Positions 16,550-24,672 of a stretch of DNA of 64,000 nucleotides are shown here, one piece after another (positions within the stretch are counted from its first letter, which is position 1; each line of letters begins with the position of its first letter). The DNA lies in IMG/VR virus record IMGVR_UViG_3300038361_000164, positions 107,086-171,085 of that record; one strand, 5' to 3'. The notes below the pieces were generated by a model that did no database searches, had not been told where the DNA came from, and saw only the letters and a list, made by a program, of their open reading frames with translations. A program made the position numbers and the translations under genes. Source of the DNA: a virus.

Positions 16550-17713
16550 TTAATCTAACCGCAATGTTGTTCTGCATCTCTGCATTTCTTCTACTGTTCC
16601 GGAATATTTTCCTGGATCATCTGATAGTTTGACCACAGGTATCCATTTGTCGTGCACCATTACTTCTGAAAGTTTCCAGACTGTGCTTGGTACTTTGATA
16701 CCTGCAAGATGGTTTGTAAGAAACCCACCCATTCCAAATGCTGTTTGTATTTTACCATCAAACCAATCTCTTAGTCCTACGGCTTTTACTAAATTAAGAG
16801 CATTAGAAAATATAGCAGTTTTAGTTAGAGGGTCGACCTGGTGATCTTTATAGTGTCGAATATATGACTCTCCAATTTTTGTCGGACTGGCACTATCTTG
16901 GCGCATTCCATCAAATAACTTTGTTTGTTTGGTAGTCATTTGTTCTAGAAAAACCGGTGTGGTAAATGTGTCAGGTAAAGCTATTCCTAGATTGCCATCA
17001 TATACTTTTACCCAATTTTCAAGTCCGAAATGATTTGCCATATTGTAGCCGTATATTGCTGCGTTAAGCATATACCATTTATGTGCTTGCGTGCCAATAG
17101 GTTTGATTCCATTTTTCATGGCTAAGTAAGCATTGCTGGTACCAACTAAAGATTTTTTCATAGTTTCAACCACGTTGGCATGTATTTCTGGAGATAACGC
17201 TCTGCGTGCTCCAAAATCAGCAACTTTCAACCCTTCCATTTTAATTCGACTCGCTTTTTCCTGCGATTCTTTTCGAACTGTTTCTTGGGAAGGCATTTGC
17301 TGTGTTTCATCATATTTTAAGCCTAACCAAGTGATTAGTGCCAAAATAGGTGTCTCCCAAAGCATAGTGCTATAAGTATATCCTTCTGAATAGATATCTA
17401 AGTAGCCGTCTATATTTTGAATTACCAATTCAGTTGGATCGTATTGATATCCATTTAAGTATTCTAAGTAAGTATGTGGAAAAATACCTTGCGCATGCAT
17501 AAACACACATTCATGCGCACGTAAGCGTAATTCTGACATGTTTCTAATGTGCCTTTTTAATTCGCCTACCATTAACTCATCATATTTAATTTTATGACCA
17601 CGAGTGATGAGTCGATCTCTGCTTATTACGTTAGGAAATAGTTGAAATACAGCATTCTGCATTGTGAACTGATAAAAATCATTCCATAAGATGCTAGGTA
17701 TTGTTTTAAACAT
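16550..17713 (-). CDS. nicotinate phosphoribosyltransferase (PncB-like)
   Basis: N-terminal WNDFYQFTMQNAVF matches E. coli PncB DTDAYKLHMQQAVF; ~390 aa. Confidence 0.75.
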   Translation of the reverse strand: MFKTIPSILWNDFYQFTMQNAVFQLFPNVISRDRLITRGHKIKYDELMVGELKRHIRNMSELRLRAHECVFMHAQGIFPHTYLEYLNGYQYDPTELVIQNIDGYLDIYSEGYTYSTMLWETPILALITWLGLKYDETQQMPSQETVRKESQEKASRIKMEGLKVADFGARRALSPEIHANVVETMKKSLVGTSNAYLAMKNGIKPIGTQAHKWYMLNAAIYGYNMANHFGLENWVKVYDGNLGIALPDTFTTPVFLEQMTTKQTKLFDGMRQDSASPTKIGESYIRHYKDHQVDPLTKTAIFSNALNLVKAVGLRDWFDGKIQTAFGMGGFLTNHLAGIKVPSTVWKLSEVMVHDKWIPVVKLSDDPGKYSGTVEEMQRCRTTLRLD

Positions 17714-17737
17714 GTAATTCCTTTCTAAAAGTTTATG

Positions 17738-18007
17738 TTAAGGTTTTTCTTTCTTTTTCTTTAGCTTTTCGATTTCTTCTTGAAGAGCCTTTTGCTCTTT
17801 TCTAAGCTTTTTGTTTTCCTTTTCTACTGCCTTACCTTGTCTTCGGTAAGTATCCAAATCATTCTTATCCTCGATAGCGGCTTCCATGCGGTTTCCCATT
17901 GATTGTGCCTCTTCGATAAGCCCTGGTAAATATGTAAAATTTCTAGTTTTATGGCAGGCCCTCATTTCATCGAGAACCGAACATAATGTTCTACTTAAAT
18001 AAGGCAT
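17738..18007 (-). CDS. hypothetical coiled-coil protein
   Basis: Lys/Glu-rich C-terminus. Confidence 0.35.
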   Translation of the reverse strand: MPYLSRTLCSVLDEMRACHKTRNFTYLPGLIEEAQSMGNRMEAAIEDKNDLDTYRRQGKAVEKENKKLRKEQKALQEEIEKLKKKKEKP

Positions 18008-18020
18008 TTTGTATCCTATA

Positions 18021-18377
18021 TTATTTCTTTTTTAGGTTTGGTAATTGACGTTGTATATATTCCTTTGGACGTTCCTGGAAGCTTTCCTCGAAAAATACTT
18101 CTGATTCAGCTTCTGCCTCCGATATTTCTGTGGGAATATTATCAATTCTATTATGAAGGTTTGCTAGCTCTTCTTCTATTAGTTCAACTGCTTCGACTGT
18201 ATATGTGGTATTACTGGTTAACTCCTCTACAGCCTTTTTTATTTCGTCAGTTGCTAGGCTTATAGAAGTGTCTATGGTTGAATATCCGCGCCACATCATT
18301 CCGAAAGCGCTTATAAGAACTAGGGTTACTAACGCTGATAAAGCATTAGTTATTACTTGATTAAAATCAATTTTCAT
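18021..18377 (-). CDS. hypothetical membrane-anchored protein
   Basis: N-terminal transmembrane segment. Confidence 0.35.
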   Translation of the reverse strand: MKIDFNQVITNALSALVTLVLISAFGMMWRGYSTIDTSISLATDEIKKAVEELTSNTTYTVEAVELIEEELANLHNRIDNIPTEISEAEAESEVFFEESFQERPKEYIQRQLPNLKKK

Positions 18378-18393
18378 GTTTGTTTTTGGTTAT

Positions 18394-18469
18394 TGGTGCT
18401 CTGAGGTAGACTTGAACTACCAACCTATCGGTTATCAGCCGATTGCTCTAACATTGGAGCTACCAGAGC
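18394..18469 (-). tRNA. tRNA-Ile (GAU), CCA encoded
   Basis: Acceptor GCTCTGG/TCAGAGC-A-CCA, anticodon arm ATCGG-CTGATAA-CCGAT, T-arm GGTAG-TTCAAGT-CTACC. Confidence 0.65.
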
Positions 18470-18473
18470 GAAA

Positions 18474-18561
18474 TGGTGAATCTGGAGGGAATTGAACCCA
18501 CTCGACCCCTAAGGGACCAGTTTTACAGACTGGGGTACCTGCCTTAATACTTTACAGATCC
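18474..18561 (-). tRNA. tRNA-Tyr (GUA), class II, CCA encoded
   Basis: Acceptor GGATCTG/CAGATTC-A-CCA, anticodon arm CCAGT-CTGTAAA-ACTGG, long variable arm. Confidence 0.6.
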
Positions 18562-18568
18562 ATTTAAA

Positions 18569-18931
18569 TTAATATTTTTTGTTTTCTATTAGTTTCCAAT
18601 TTTCATCTTTGATATACATTATCTGAATTATATTTCCTTTTCTTTTGTCAGAAAGAGTTAGTTTATGTTTCTCTACTAACGCATGTCCAGCAATGAACGT
18701 TTCTCTATGTGTTTCGTTCCATTGCTCATCATAAATAACGACAGTAAATTCTGACTGCAGTGTGGAAGATACTTCGGTAGGATACTCATCCTCTATATAC
18801 TCTGTATATGTCGATGATTCTTGATTGTGTTTATCTTTTGAGAATTTTTGGTATCCAACTGTAACCATAATACCTACTATTGTTATTACGAGTATTAATT
18901 CAATTACTGTAAACGCTTTACTTGTTTTCAT
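18569..18931 (-). CDS. hypothetical membrane-anchored protein
   Basis: N-terminal transmembrane helix. Confidence 0.4.
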   Translation of the reverse strand: MKTSKAFTVIELILVITIVGIMVTVGYQKFSKDKHNQESSTYTEYIEDEYPTEVSSTLQSEFTVVIYDEQWNETHRETFIAGHALVEKHKLTLSDKRKGNIIQIMYIKDENWKLIENKKY

Positions 18932-19373
18932 TTAGTTCCTTTCTTACTTGCATTAATGCTTTTCCTAAAAGGTTTTTGCCTTTTCCGTCTTTTCCAATTC
19001 CCCACTCAGTGTCATTCCACTGGGCAGCGTCTTCTATGATTTCAACATCTTGTGTACAGAGTAATATTTTTTTGTAAAGTTCTATCTTGAACTTTTCTCT
19101 TAGGCAAACGACCATTACGTCATATTTTACTTCTTCCCAATCTGGGCGAAGGCTTACTCTGCGACCCGCACGTTTAGCTTTTCCTGGTGTTGGCATTTGT
19201 GCCATTTCAACACGCAATGTTGGGCTGATGGTTTTGTGTGCCTGAAATGCATGTTCTACTGTTGGGTATTTAATATCATCAATTGTAATAGGAGAATCTG
19301 CGAAATTAGAAAAGTATTCATCATAACCCGAGGGCTTTTTTGCGTTGAAGATTATTTTGTTTAATGTTTTCAT
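18918..19373 (-). CDS. NADAR (YbiA-like) domain protein
   Basis: FSNFADSP...YPTVEHAFQAHK...WEEVKYDVMVVCLREKF...WGIGKDGKGKNLLGKALMQVRKEL matches the NADAR/DUF1768 consensus across its length. Confidence 0.75.
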   Translation of the reverse strand: MKTLNKIIFNAKKPSGYDEYFSNFADSPITIDDIKYPTVEHAFQAHKTISPTLRVEMAQMPTPGKAKRAGRRVSLRPDWEEVKYDVMVVCLREKFKIELYKKILLCTQDVEIIEDAAQWNDTEWGIGKDGKGKNLLGKALMQVRKELNENK

Positions 19374-19394
19374 TTTTGTTCCTTTTATTTGTTG

Positions 19395-19478
19395 GGCTGA
19401 TAGCAGGATTCGAACCTGCGAAGACTTTCGTCATCTGATTACAAATCAGAACCTTTTGACCTCTCAGGAAATATCAGC
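19395..19478 (-). tRNA. tRNA (anticodon loop TTTGTAA, UGU), unusually long variable region
   Basis: Perfect acceptor GCTGATA/TATCAGC, anticodon arm TCTGA-TTTGTAA-TCAGA, T-arm GCAGG-TTCGAAT-CCTGC. Confidence 0.45.
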
Positions 19479-19479
19479 A

Positions 19480-20268
19480 CTACTTTTTCTTTATTTCATT
19501 TTCATAAAAGAATCTTAGATTTTCTTTCATCTCTTCTTCTTTCATTCTTTTTTTGCGTTTTGCAACTCGTACAACATGTTCTTCAGGATAGAGTTCTTCG
19601 ACCTTGTCTGATTGCCAAAACTCGAAAGTTTCAACATCCATAACGGTTAATTTTCCGAACCATCCAGCGCCTGTATCAGTCATAACCAGGTTTGAAAAGA
19701 ATGTTGGTTCGTCGCCGCCTGTTATTCCTGTAGTTGCTGTGTGTCCAACAAAAATAATTCTGTAGTTTTCAAACTTATGTCCTTGTTTTTCGTATATACG
19801 AGCAACATTGAGAAGAGTTCTATCCCACATTAAATTATATGTTGATTCTTTGGATATGGGGTATTTATGATGAAAACCGCCGTGCACATAAACATTATTA
19901 AGTTCGTCTATGTGGTATAGTTTAGTTTTATTCTCAAGAAAGTATCTATGTTTGTCTCTCCACTTGACTGGAGCCATTACATAGCTGGCTATTGTTTCAT
20001 CTCCGCCTTGTTCTAGCCATAGCTCTGGAGCTTGTCCATATTGTAGCCAACCGAGCAGCCATGCGTCGTGATTACCCATAATGAATACTAAGTTTTTAAT
20101 TTTTAGAAGTTCATTTATGCCCTCTGCTACATCGGACCAGCCATCGGCCGCGTCTCCTATAAATATAAGAGTATCGTTTTCATAGTCGAATTCACAGCGC
20201 TCCATGCATTGTTTAAATGCTTTGAGAGCTCCATGTAAATCGCCCATGACTAATGTTCTAGGTTTCAT
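19480..20268 (-). CDS. Ser/Thr protein phosphatase (calcineurin-like metallophosphoesterase)
   Basis: GDLHG...GDAADGWSD...GNHD motifs. Confidence 0.7.
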   Translation of the reverse strand: MKPRTLVMGDLHGALKAFKQCMERCEFDYENDTLIFIGDAADGWSDVAEGINELLKIKNLVFIMGNHDAWLLGWLQYGQAPELWLEQGGDETIASYVMAPVKWRDKHRYFLENKTKLYHIDELNNVYVHGGFHHKYPISKESTYNLMWDRTLLNVARIYEKQGHKFENYRIIFVGHTATTGITGGDEPTFFSNLVMTDTGAGWFGKLTVMDVETFEFWQSDKVEELYPEEHVVRVAKRKKRMKEEEMKENLRFFYENEIKKK

Positions 20269-20582
20269 TATATTTTATTTCTCATTAAACAGTCTTTGAT
20301 ACCTTCCTCAATATCCTGTTCAATGCTTTTATAGCAAACAAAGTTATATTTCTTTTTAAACTTAGCTTCGCCAAGCCTTTTTACGGAAGGGCCAAACATT
20401 GCTATAAAGAATGAAGGATTAATTGCTATTGTATCTGTAGGTAGTTCAATTACTATTTCTTTGAAGAAAAATTCGATAGCTGGAAGGTAACAAGCTTTGC
20501 GTGCAAATGCACCGAGATCTCGTCCACTAAATACTCGCGAACCGTCTTTTCTAAATCTGTATAGATCTATTGTTTTTCTCAT
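20268..20582 (-). CDS. hypothetical protein
   Basis: ORF overlapping its upstream gene by 1 nt. Confidence 0.35.
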   Translation of the reverse strand: MRKTIDLYRFRKDGSRVFSGRDLGAFARKACYLPAIEFFFKEIVIELPTDTIAINPSFFIAMFGPSVKRLGEAKFKKKYNFVCYKSIEQDIEEGIKDCLMRNKI

Positions 20583-20606
20583 GTTATGCCTTTCTGATTT
20601 TATTTG

Positions 20607-20679
20607 TAGCGTGAATGGGCGTCGAACCCATCTATCCAGGTTTCCAAAACCCAGATGCCTAGCCCCCGGTCATCACACT
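20607..20679 (-). tRNA. tRNA-Pro (UGG)
   Basis: 73 nt with standard numbering: anticodon arm TGGGT-TTTGGAA-ACCTG, T-arm ATGGG-TTCGACG-CCCAT; D-stem weak. Confidence 0.5.
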
Positions 20680-20684
20680 AGAAT

Positions 20685-20700
20685 GGGCGGAATTCCGCCC
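20685..20700. terminator. perfect palindromic hairpin GGGCGGAATTCCGCCC
   Basis: 16-nt palindrome between a gene end and the tRNA. Confidence 0.4.
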
Positions 20701-20880
20701 GGAATTTATTTTTCAAATTGTTGTACAAATCCAAGTAAGTGTCCTGCTAGAGAACTTGCGCCTACTATAATTAATAATGTGGCTTGTATTTCTAATCCGT
20801 ACAACAATACACATGTGCCGACTATTGCATTAAAACATAGTCGAGCAACTGTTAAAATATTGTTTTCCATTATTTTCCTT

Positions 20881-21081
20881 TTATTTATTATGCTTTTTCA
20901 AGCAATCTTTTGATATACAAGTGCCTGTGTGGTCTACTTGAATTGGTCCGCATCCTTCACAAATTGTGAGGGCGTATTTTTTGTTTTCAGTGTCATCCTT
21001 TGTAGATAGGTTTGTTAAATCGTTTCTGTAGCCTTTTACACCAAACATATCTATAGTGCATTGCCAGCAGTAATCTGCCAT
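20881..21081 (-). CDS. hypothetical small Cys-rich protein
   Basis: Several Cys residues (CWQC, CEGC, CISKDC). Confidence 0.35.
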   Translation of the reverse strand: MADYCWQCTIDMFGVKGYRNDLTNLSTKDDTENKKYALTICEGCGPIQVDHTGTCISKDCLKKHNK

Positions 21082-21764
21082 TATATATCTCCTTTTGGAA
21101 TTATCATGTGAGTACCGCCCTTAGCCATCATTTCGTTTAAAATTAGGTCTATGTCCCCATTTACTTGTGCGTTGTCACTTTCCTCAGATATTAATGTGTC
21201 AACCCTAAACCCGCGAAGTTCCCAAGCGTGCGTTATTGCGCGAAATTGGCGAGCATCCGTTATATGTTTAAAAAGATGTGTCCATGAATTTGTTATGGTT
21301 GGGTATTGTTTTTGTATCATGTACTTCGCAGTATTTTTGTCGGGAGCTATCCCTACTATTATTTTTGGGTTATTTGGATCGCCTGCAAATTTTTTATGTA
21401 GCTTTTTATAAAGTTCAAGTTCAGCTTCTTCTTTCTTTTTAGCTTTAACCTTGGCAGCTTTTTTTGCCGCTATGCTTTTCTTTTCATTTGTTTTGGTACG
21501 CTTTTCTAATTCTTCATCAGTTTCCCAGCGTATACCGTGTATATTTACGTCATAACCACCGTCATAGTCAGTTTTTAAACAAATACTAGCTGTTTCGTAG
21601 CCTTGATCTGCTACTTCTTTCTCAATTCTATCTAAGTTAGTTTTAATTTCACTAGTAAGACCTTCAAACGTAGTGTTAAGGTCAATATAAAAGGGCAAAA
21701 TAATTTGCTTATTAATACGTTTTCTTGTTGTTTTCATATTTGATTCCTGTAAATGGTAGCGCAT
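21081..21764 (-). CDS. hypothetical protein
   Basis: 227-aa ORF with a Lys-rich linker. Confidence 0.4.
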   Translation of the reverse strand: MRYHLQESNMKTTRKRINKQIILPFYIDLNTTFEGLTSEIKTNLDRIEKEVADQGYETASICLKTDYDGGYDVNIHGIRWETDEELEKRTKTNEKKSIAAKKAAKVKAKKKEEAELELYKKLHKKFAGDPNNPKIIVGIAPDKNTAKYMIQKQYPTITNSWTHLFKHITDARQFRAITHAWELRGFRVDTLISEESDNAQVNGDIDLILNEMMAKGGTHMIIPKGDI

Positions 21765-21828
21765 AGGAGAGTCGAACTCCTGTACCCAGACTGAAAACCT
21801 GGTGTCCTAGCCATTAGACGAATGCGCC
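21754..21828 (-). tRNA. tRNA-Glu (UUC), CCA encoded
   Basis: Acceptor GGCGCAT/ATGCGCT-A-CCA, anticodon arm CCAGG-TTTTCAG-TCTGG, T-arm AGGAG-TTCGACT-CTCCT. Confidence 0.5.
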
Positions 21829-21833
21829 ATTAA

Positions 21834-22106
21834 TTAGATGTCTTCTAAAAATAGTTCTGTGAAACATGGAGTATTTTCCCCCACATAAGAACCTAAGGTA
21901 TTAAACTCGAAAAATTCTTGTGCTTCCTCTTCTGTCATACCGTCGCGTACCATAAGTATCTCGATGCACTTAAAAGTATTGTATAAAGCCACTGTATTCA
22001 TACCACATCTAGATACTGTTCCTATTAAGGCTTCGTCGAACCCGTCGGCAAATAGCATGTCTTCGTTATATTCAGCTGCTTTTAATTTTAGTGGATGTTC
22101 ATCCAT
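21834..22106 (-). CDS. hypothetical protein
   Basis: 90-aa ORF. Confidence 0.35.
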   Translation of the reverse strand: MDEHPLKLKAAEYNEDMLFADGFDEALIGTVSRCGMNTVALYNTFKCIEILMVRDGMTEEEAQEFFEFNTLGSYVGENTPCFTELFLEDI

Positions 22107-22217
22107 GTCAAGTCCTTTATTATTAGTGTGTTAGTGGAGGCTACGGAGAACGATTCCGTCTGTTTTTTTCCGTGCAAAAGAAATGACCACCCCATTGCAG
22201 TCCCAACCCCCGTAAGT

Positions 22218-22499
22218 TTATATTGTTTGTTCTGTTGTCGGCGTTTGTTCTTGTTCTTTTTCTGTTGGTGACGCGTCATACGTGGCGCCTAGCGCATATA
22301 TGTAAAGGATCCAAATAACTGCAGCCCAAGTTAAACATATGGTACCGTAGTGTTTTGCTCTTTTGCCTTTGTAGCTAGTTTTTAGTGATAATACTAAAAA
22401 ACCAAACCCTGCTATAGTTAATACAATTATTGGAATTGCGAGAATACCTATAAACATATTATTTCCTTTCTTTTTATTTTTCTTGTTTGCAGTACGCAC
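22218..22499 (-). CDS. hypothetical small membrane protein
   Basis: Two transmembrane segments. Confidence 0.35.
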   Translation of the reverse strand: MRTANKKNKKKGNNMFIGILAIPIIVLTIAGFGFLVLSLKTSYKGKRAKHYGTICLTWAAVIWILYIYALGATYDASPTEKEQEQTPTTEQTI

Positions 22500-22564
22500 G
22501 GGATTCGAACCCGTCTATATTCACTGTGACAGAGTGACGTCTACACCTAGCAGACTCGCGCACT
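22490..22564 (-). tRNA. tRNA-Asp (GUC)
   Basis: Canonical: D-arm GTCT-GCTAGGTGT-AGAC, anticodon arm TCACT-CTGTCAC-AGTGA, T-arm ACGGG-TTCGAAT-CCCGT. Confidence 0.65.
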
Positions 22565-22635
22565 ATTGAATCCTAAAAATGTTGCTTAAGTAACATAAGT
22601 GTTGACTTTCGACTCTCTGTTTTATATATTAAACC

Positions 22636-23136
22636 ATGAAAGTAAAATGTAAACAATGCACCAAAGAATTTGATAAAAGACCTAGTCAAATTAAAAGGAC
22701 TAAAAATAATTTTTGTACACATAGTTGTGCAGCAATTTATAATAATCGAAAACATCCAAAACGAGTAGCAATATGTCTTTGCATAGTTTGTGGGTATAAA
22801 ATAAGCCGTCAAAATGCACATTGTCATGTTTGTAGAAGAAAAAAAGCTTTATCTTCTTTTAATGATGCTACAATTCAAGAAAAATTATATCATAAAAAAG
22901 GTCCTTGGAAATATAATCCTATACGGCGTCGTGCAAAATCTGTGTTAGAACTTGAAAACCGTCCTAAAATTTGTGAAGACTGTGGTTGGGAGTCGCACGT
23001 GGAAATAGCGCATATTCAACCAATTTCTACTTTTCCTTTAACTACCAAAATTGCCGAAGTTAATGCACCGACTAATTTGAAGTATTTGTGTCCCAATTGC
23101 CATTGGCTTTTAGACCATTCAACTACTAAATTATAA
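22636..23136 (+). CDS. HNH endonuclease (only plus-strand gene within the tRNA region)
   Basis: Zinc-finger Cys clusters plus C-terminal HVEIAHIQPIS...NLKYLCPNCHWLLDH. Confidence 0.65.
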   Translation: MKVKCKQCTKEFDKRPSQIKRTKNNFCTHSCAAIYNNRKHPKRVAICLCIVCGYKISRQNAHCHVCRRKKALSSFNDATIQEKLYHKKGPWKYNPIRRRAKSVLELENRPKICEDCGWESHVEIAHIQPISTFPLTTKIAEVNAPTNLKYLCPNCHWLLDHSTTKL

Positions 23137-23370
23137 TTTCATTTTTAAAAATATAAGTAGTGTGTTATTACACCAAAGGGATGCAGTTTCTTTCACCTGT
23201 CACTCAGTTTATAAACTCTGATCCTCGAACTTTAGTTCTCTCCCCACTCTTTAAAAGATGGGTACCGCTAATCCAACTTCCTACTTATAATTTGGCCGCA
23301 GGTGTGGGTTACTACACCACATTTCCCTCCTCAATGGAGGGGTCCTAGATTTAAACGAACCTGCGTTAAT

Positions 23371-23450
23371 TGGCGGAGGAGTACAGGATCTTGAACCTGC
23401 GCAATCTGCTTTGGAAGGCAGACCTCCGGAGAACTCCCCCTCTAATTGGT
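23371..23450 (-). tRNA. tRNA-like with 8-nt anticodon loop (CTTCCAAA), 8-nt T-loop, CCA encoded
   Basis: Acceptor GGGGGAG/CTCCTCC-G-CCA pairs fully; anticodon stem TCTGC/GCAGA; atypical D region. Confidence 0.35.
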
Positions 23451-23610
23451 CGCTCCCCTTCCCGTGCGCTATAATCACACAGTTGACGTCAGAGGAGCAA
23501 ACGTTATGGCAGTTAGGGTAGGACTTGAACCTACATTTGCTACTAATCGCCAATGGTTTGCACCACCCGTTTTCACATATCCTAGTCTATTGGACGACCT
23601 AACTATTATT

Positions 23611-23856
23611 TTACGAAATATTGTGTTGAGCTAATTTACGAAGAACAAATTTTTTTAATGCTCCAGGATTTTTATTTTTATCTTCGCCGATTATATGTAG
23701 AGCAATTTTCATCTCTTTGCCGGCGTGTCCTGGTTTACCTAATATGTATCTTACAACTCTTCCTGCTTTGTTAAACTCTCGTCTTTCGCGATCTGAATAA
23801 CGTTTGCATTTTACTTTGTCTCTTCCTTTTTTACTGGATTTTGCTTTTTGTGCCAT
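23611..23856 (-). CDS. hypothetical small basic protein
   Basis: Lys/Arg-rich 81-aa ORF. Confidence 0.35.
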   Translation of the reverse strand: MAQKAKSSKKGRDKVKCKRYSDRERREFNKAGRVVRYILGKPGHAGKEMKIALHIIGEDKNKNPGALKKFVLRKLAQHNIS

Positions 23857-23887
23857 TATGCACTCCTTGTTAATAAGTTATTGTTTG

Positions 23888-23962
23888 AGCGAATAGTGGA
23901 AGTCGAATCCACGAACCTTAACTTTGGCAAAGTTACGCTCTGACCAGCTGAGCTATATTCGC
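23888..23962 (-). tRNA. tRNA-Gly (GCC)
   Basis: Canonical: acceptor GCGAATA/TATTCGC, D-arm GCTC-AGCTGGTCA-GAGC, anticodon arm TAACT-TTGCCAA-AGTTA, T-arm GTGGA-TTCGACT-TCCAC. Confidence 0.7.
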
Positions 23963-23969
23963 ATTATTG

Positions 23970-24041
23970 AGCAACTAGAGGGAATCGAACCCTCATCGTC
24001 TGGGTGGAAGCCAGAAATCTTAGCCATTGGACCACAGTCGC
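23970..24041 (-). tRNA. tRNA-Gly (UCC)
   Basis: Anticodon arm TCTGG-CTTCCAC-CCAGA, T-arm GAGGG-TTCGATT-CCCTC. Confidence 0.6.
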
Positions 24042-24045
24042 ATGT

Positions 24046-24137
24046 GGGCGGTCAAAGCCGCCCTATTTAAAAAACTCACAATGTCAAAAAACTATAATTA
24101 TATAAAAAAAGCCCGGTTAGATCTCTCTTTGCCGGGC
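24046..24137. terminator. two rho-independent-type hairpins (GGGCGGTCAAAGCCGCCC; GCCCGG..CCGGGC followed by a T run)
   Basis: GC stems followed by T runs, lying between the tRNA cluster and the downstream operon. Confidence 0.45.
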
Positions 24138-24325
24138 TTTAAAAAACTTATAAAATATTAAATTATTTATAGCATAAAGCCCGTATTTTTAAAACGTTCT
24201 GCAGGTACACCATGCCCATTGGCCTGGGTAATACAGAGGCTTTGATAATCCGATAATCTTACTATAATATTATACATATTTTATAATACACCCTTATATG
24301 AGCGTTGTCAAGTCTTTTTTCCCAA

Positions 24326-24655
24326 CTACGCTATTTCAATTTCAGTTGAGTGATATTTTTCAGCGATTGGAATAGTAATTAAAAGATAAAATCCGTTCAT
24401 TTCAGCTTTGATATTCTTCGTAAGAAATCTATCATTTTTCTTAGGAGTTGCGTCTGATGAGTACAAGCGGAATTTGTTTTCAAATCCTTGCTGTATCACG
24501 TCACGTAATCCTGTCATATCTGCTGTTTTTACGATTAAATGGGTAGGCGACATCTTAATGCTTACTTCACTTTTTACAAACTCTGGTAAATACAATTCGT
24601 AAGTAGTTTCTTTATCTTCTGCTATTACCAAGTTTTTTGCTTCGATTCTGTTCAT
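24326..24655 (-). CDS. hypothetical protein
   Basis: 109-aa ORF. Confidence 0.4.
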   Translation of the reverse strand: MNRIEAKNLVIAEDKETTYELYLPEFVKSEVSIKMSPTHLIVKTADMTGLRDVIQQGFENKFRLYSSDATPKKNDRFLTKNIKAEMNGFYLLITIPIAEKYHSTEIEIA

Positions 24656-24672
24656 AATATTATGTTGGTTTC

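Noticed and set aside
23505-23600. tRNA-like element sharing the GTAGGACTTGAACCTAC T-arm with the tRNAs at 3045 and 11493
   Set aside because: No complementary 5' acceptor strand could be found, so it looks like a truncated pseudo-tRNA. Left out of the tRNA features.
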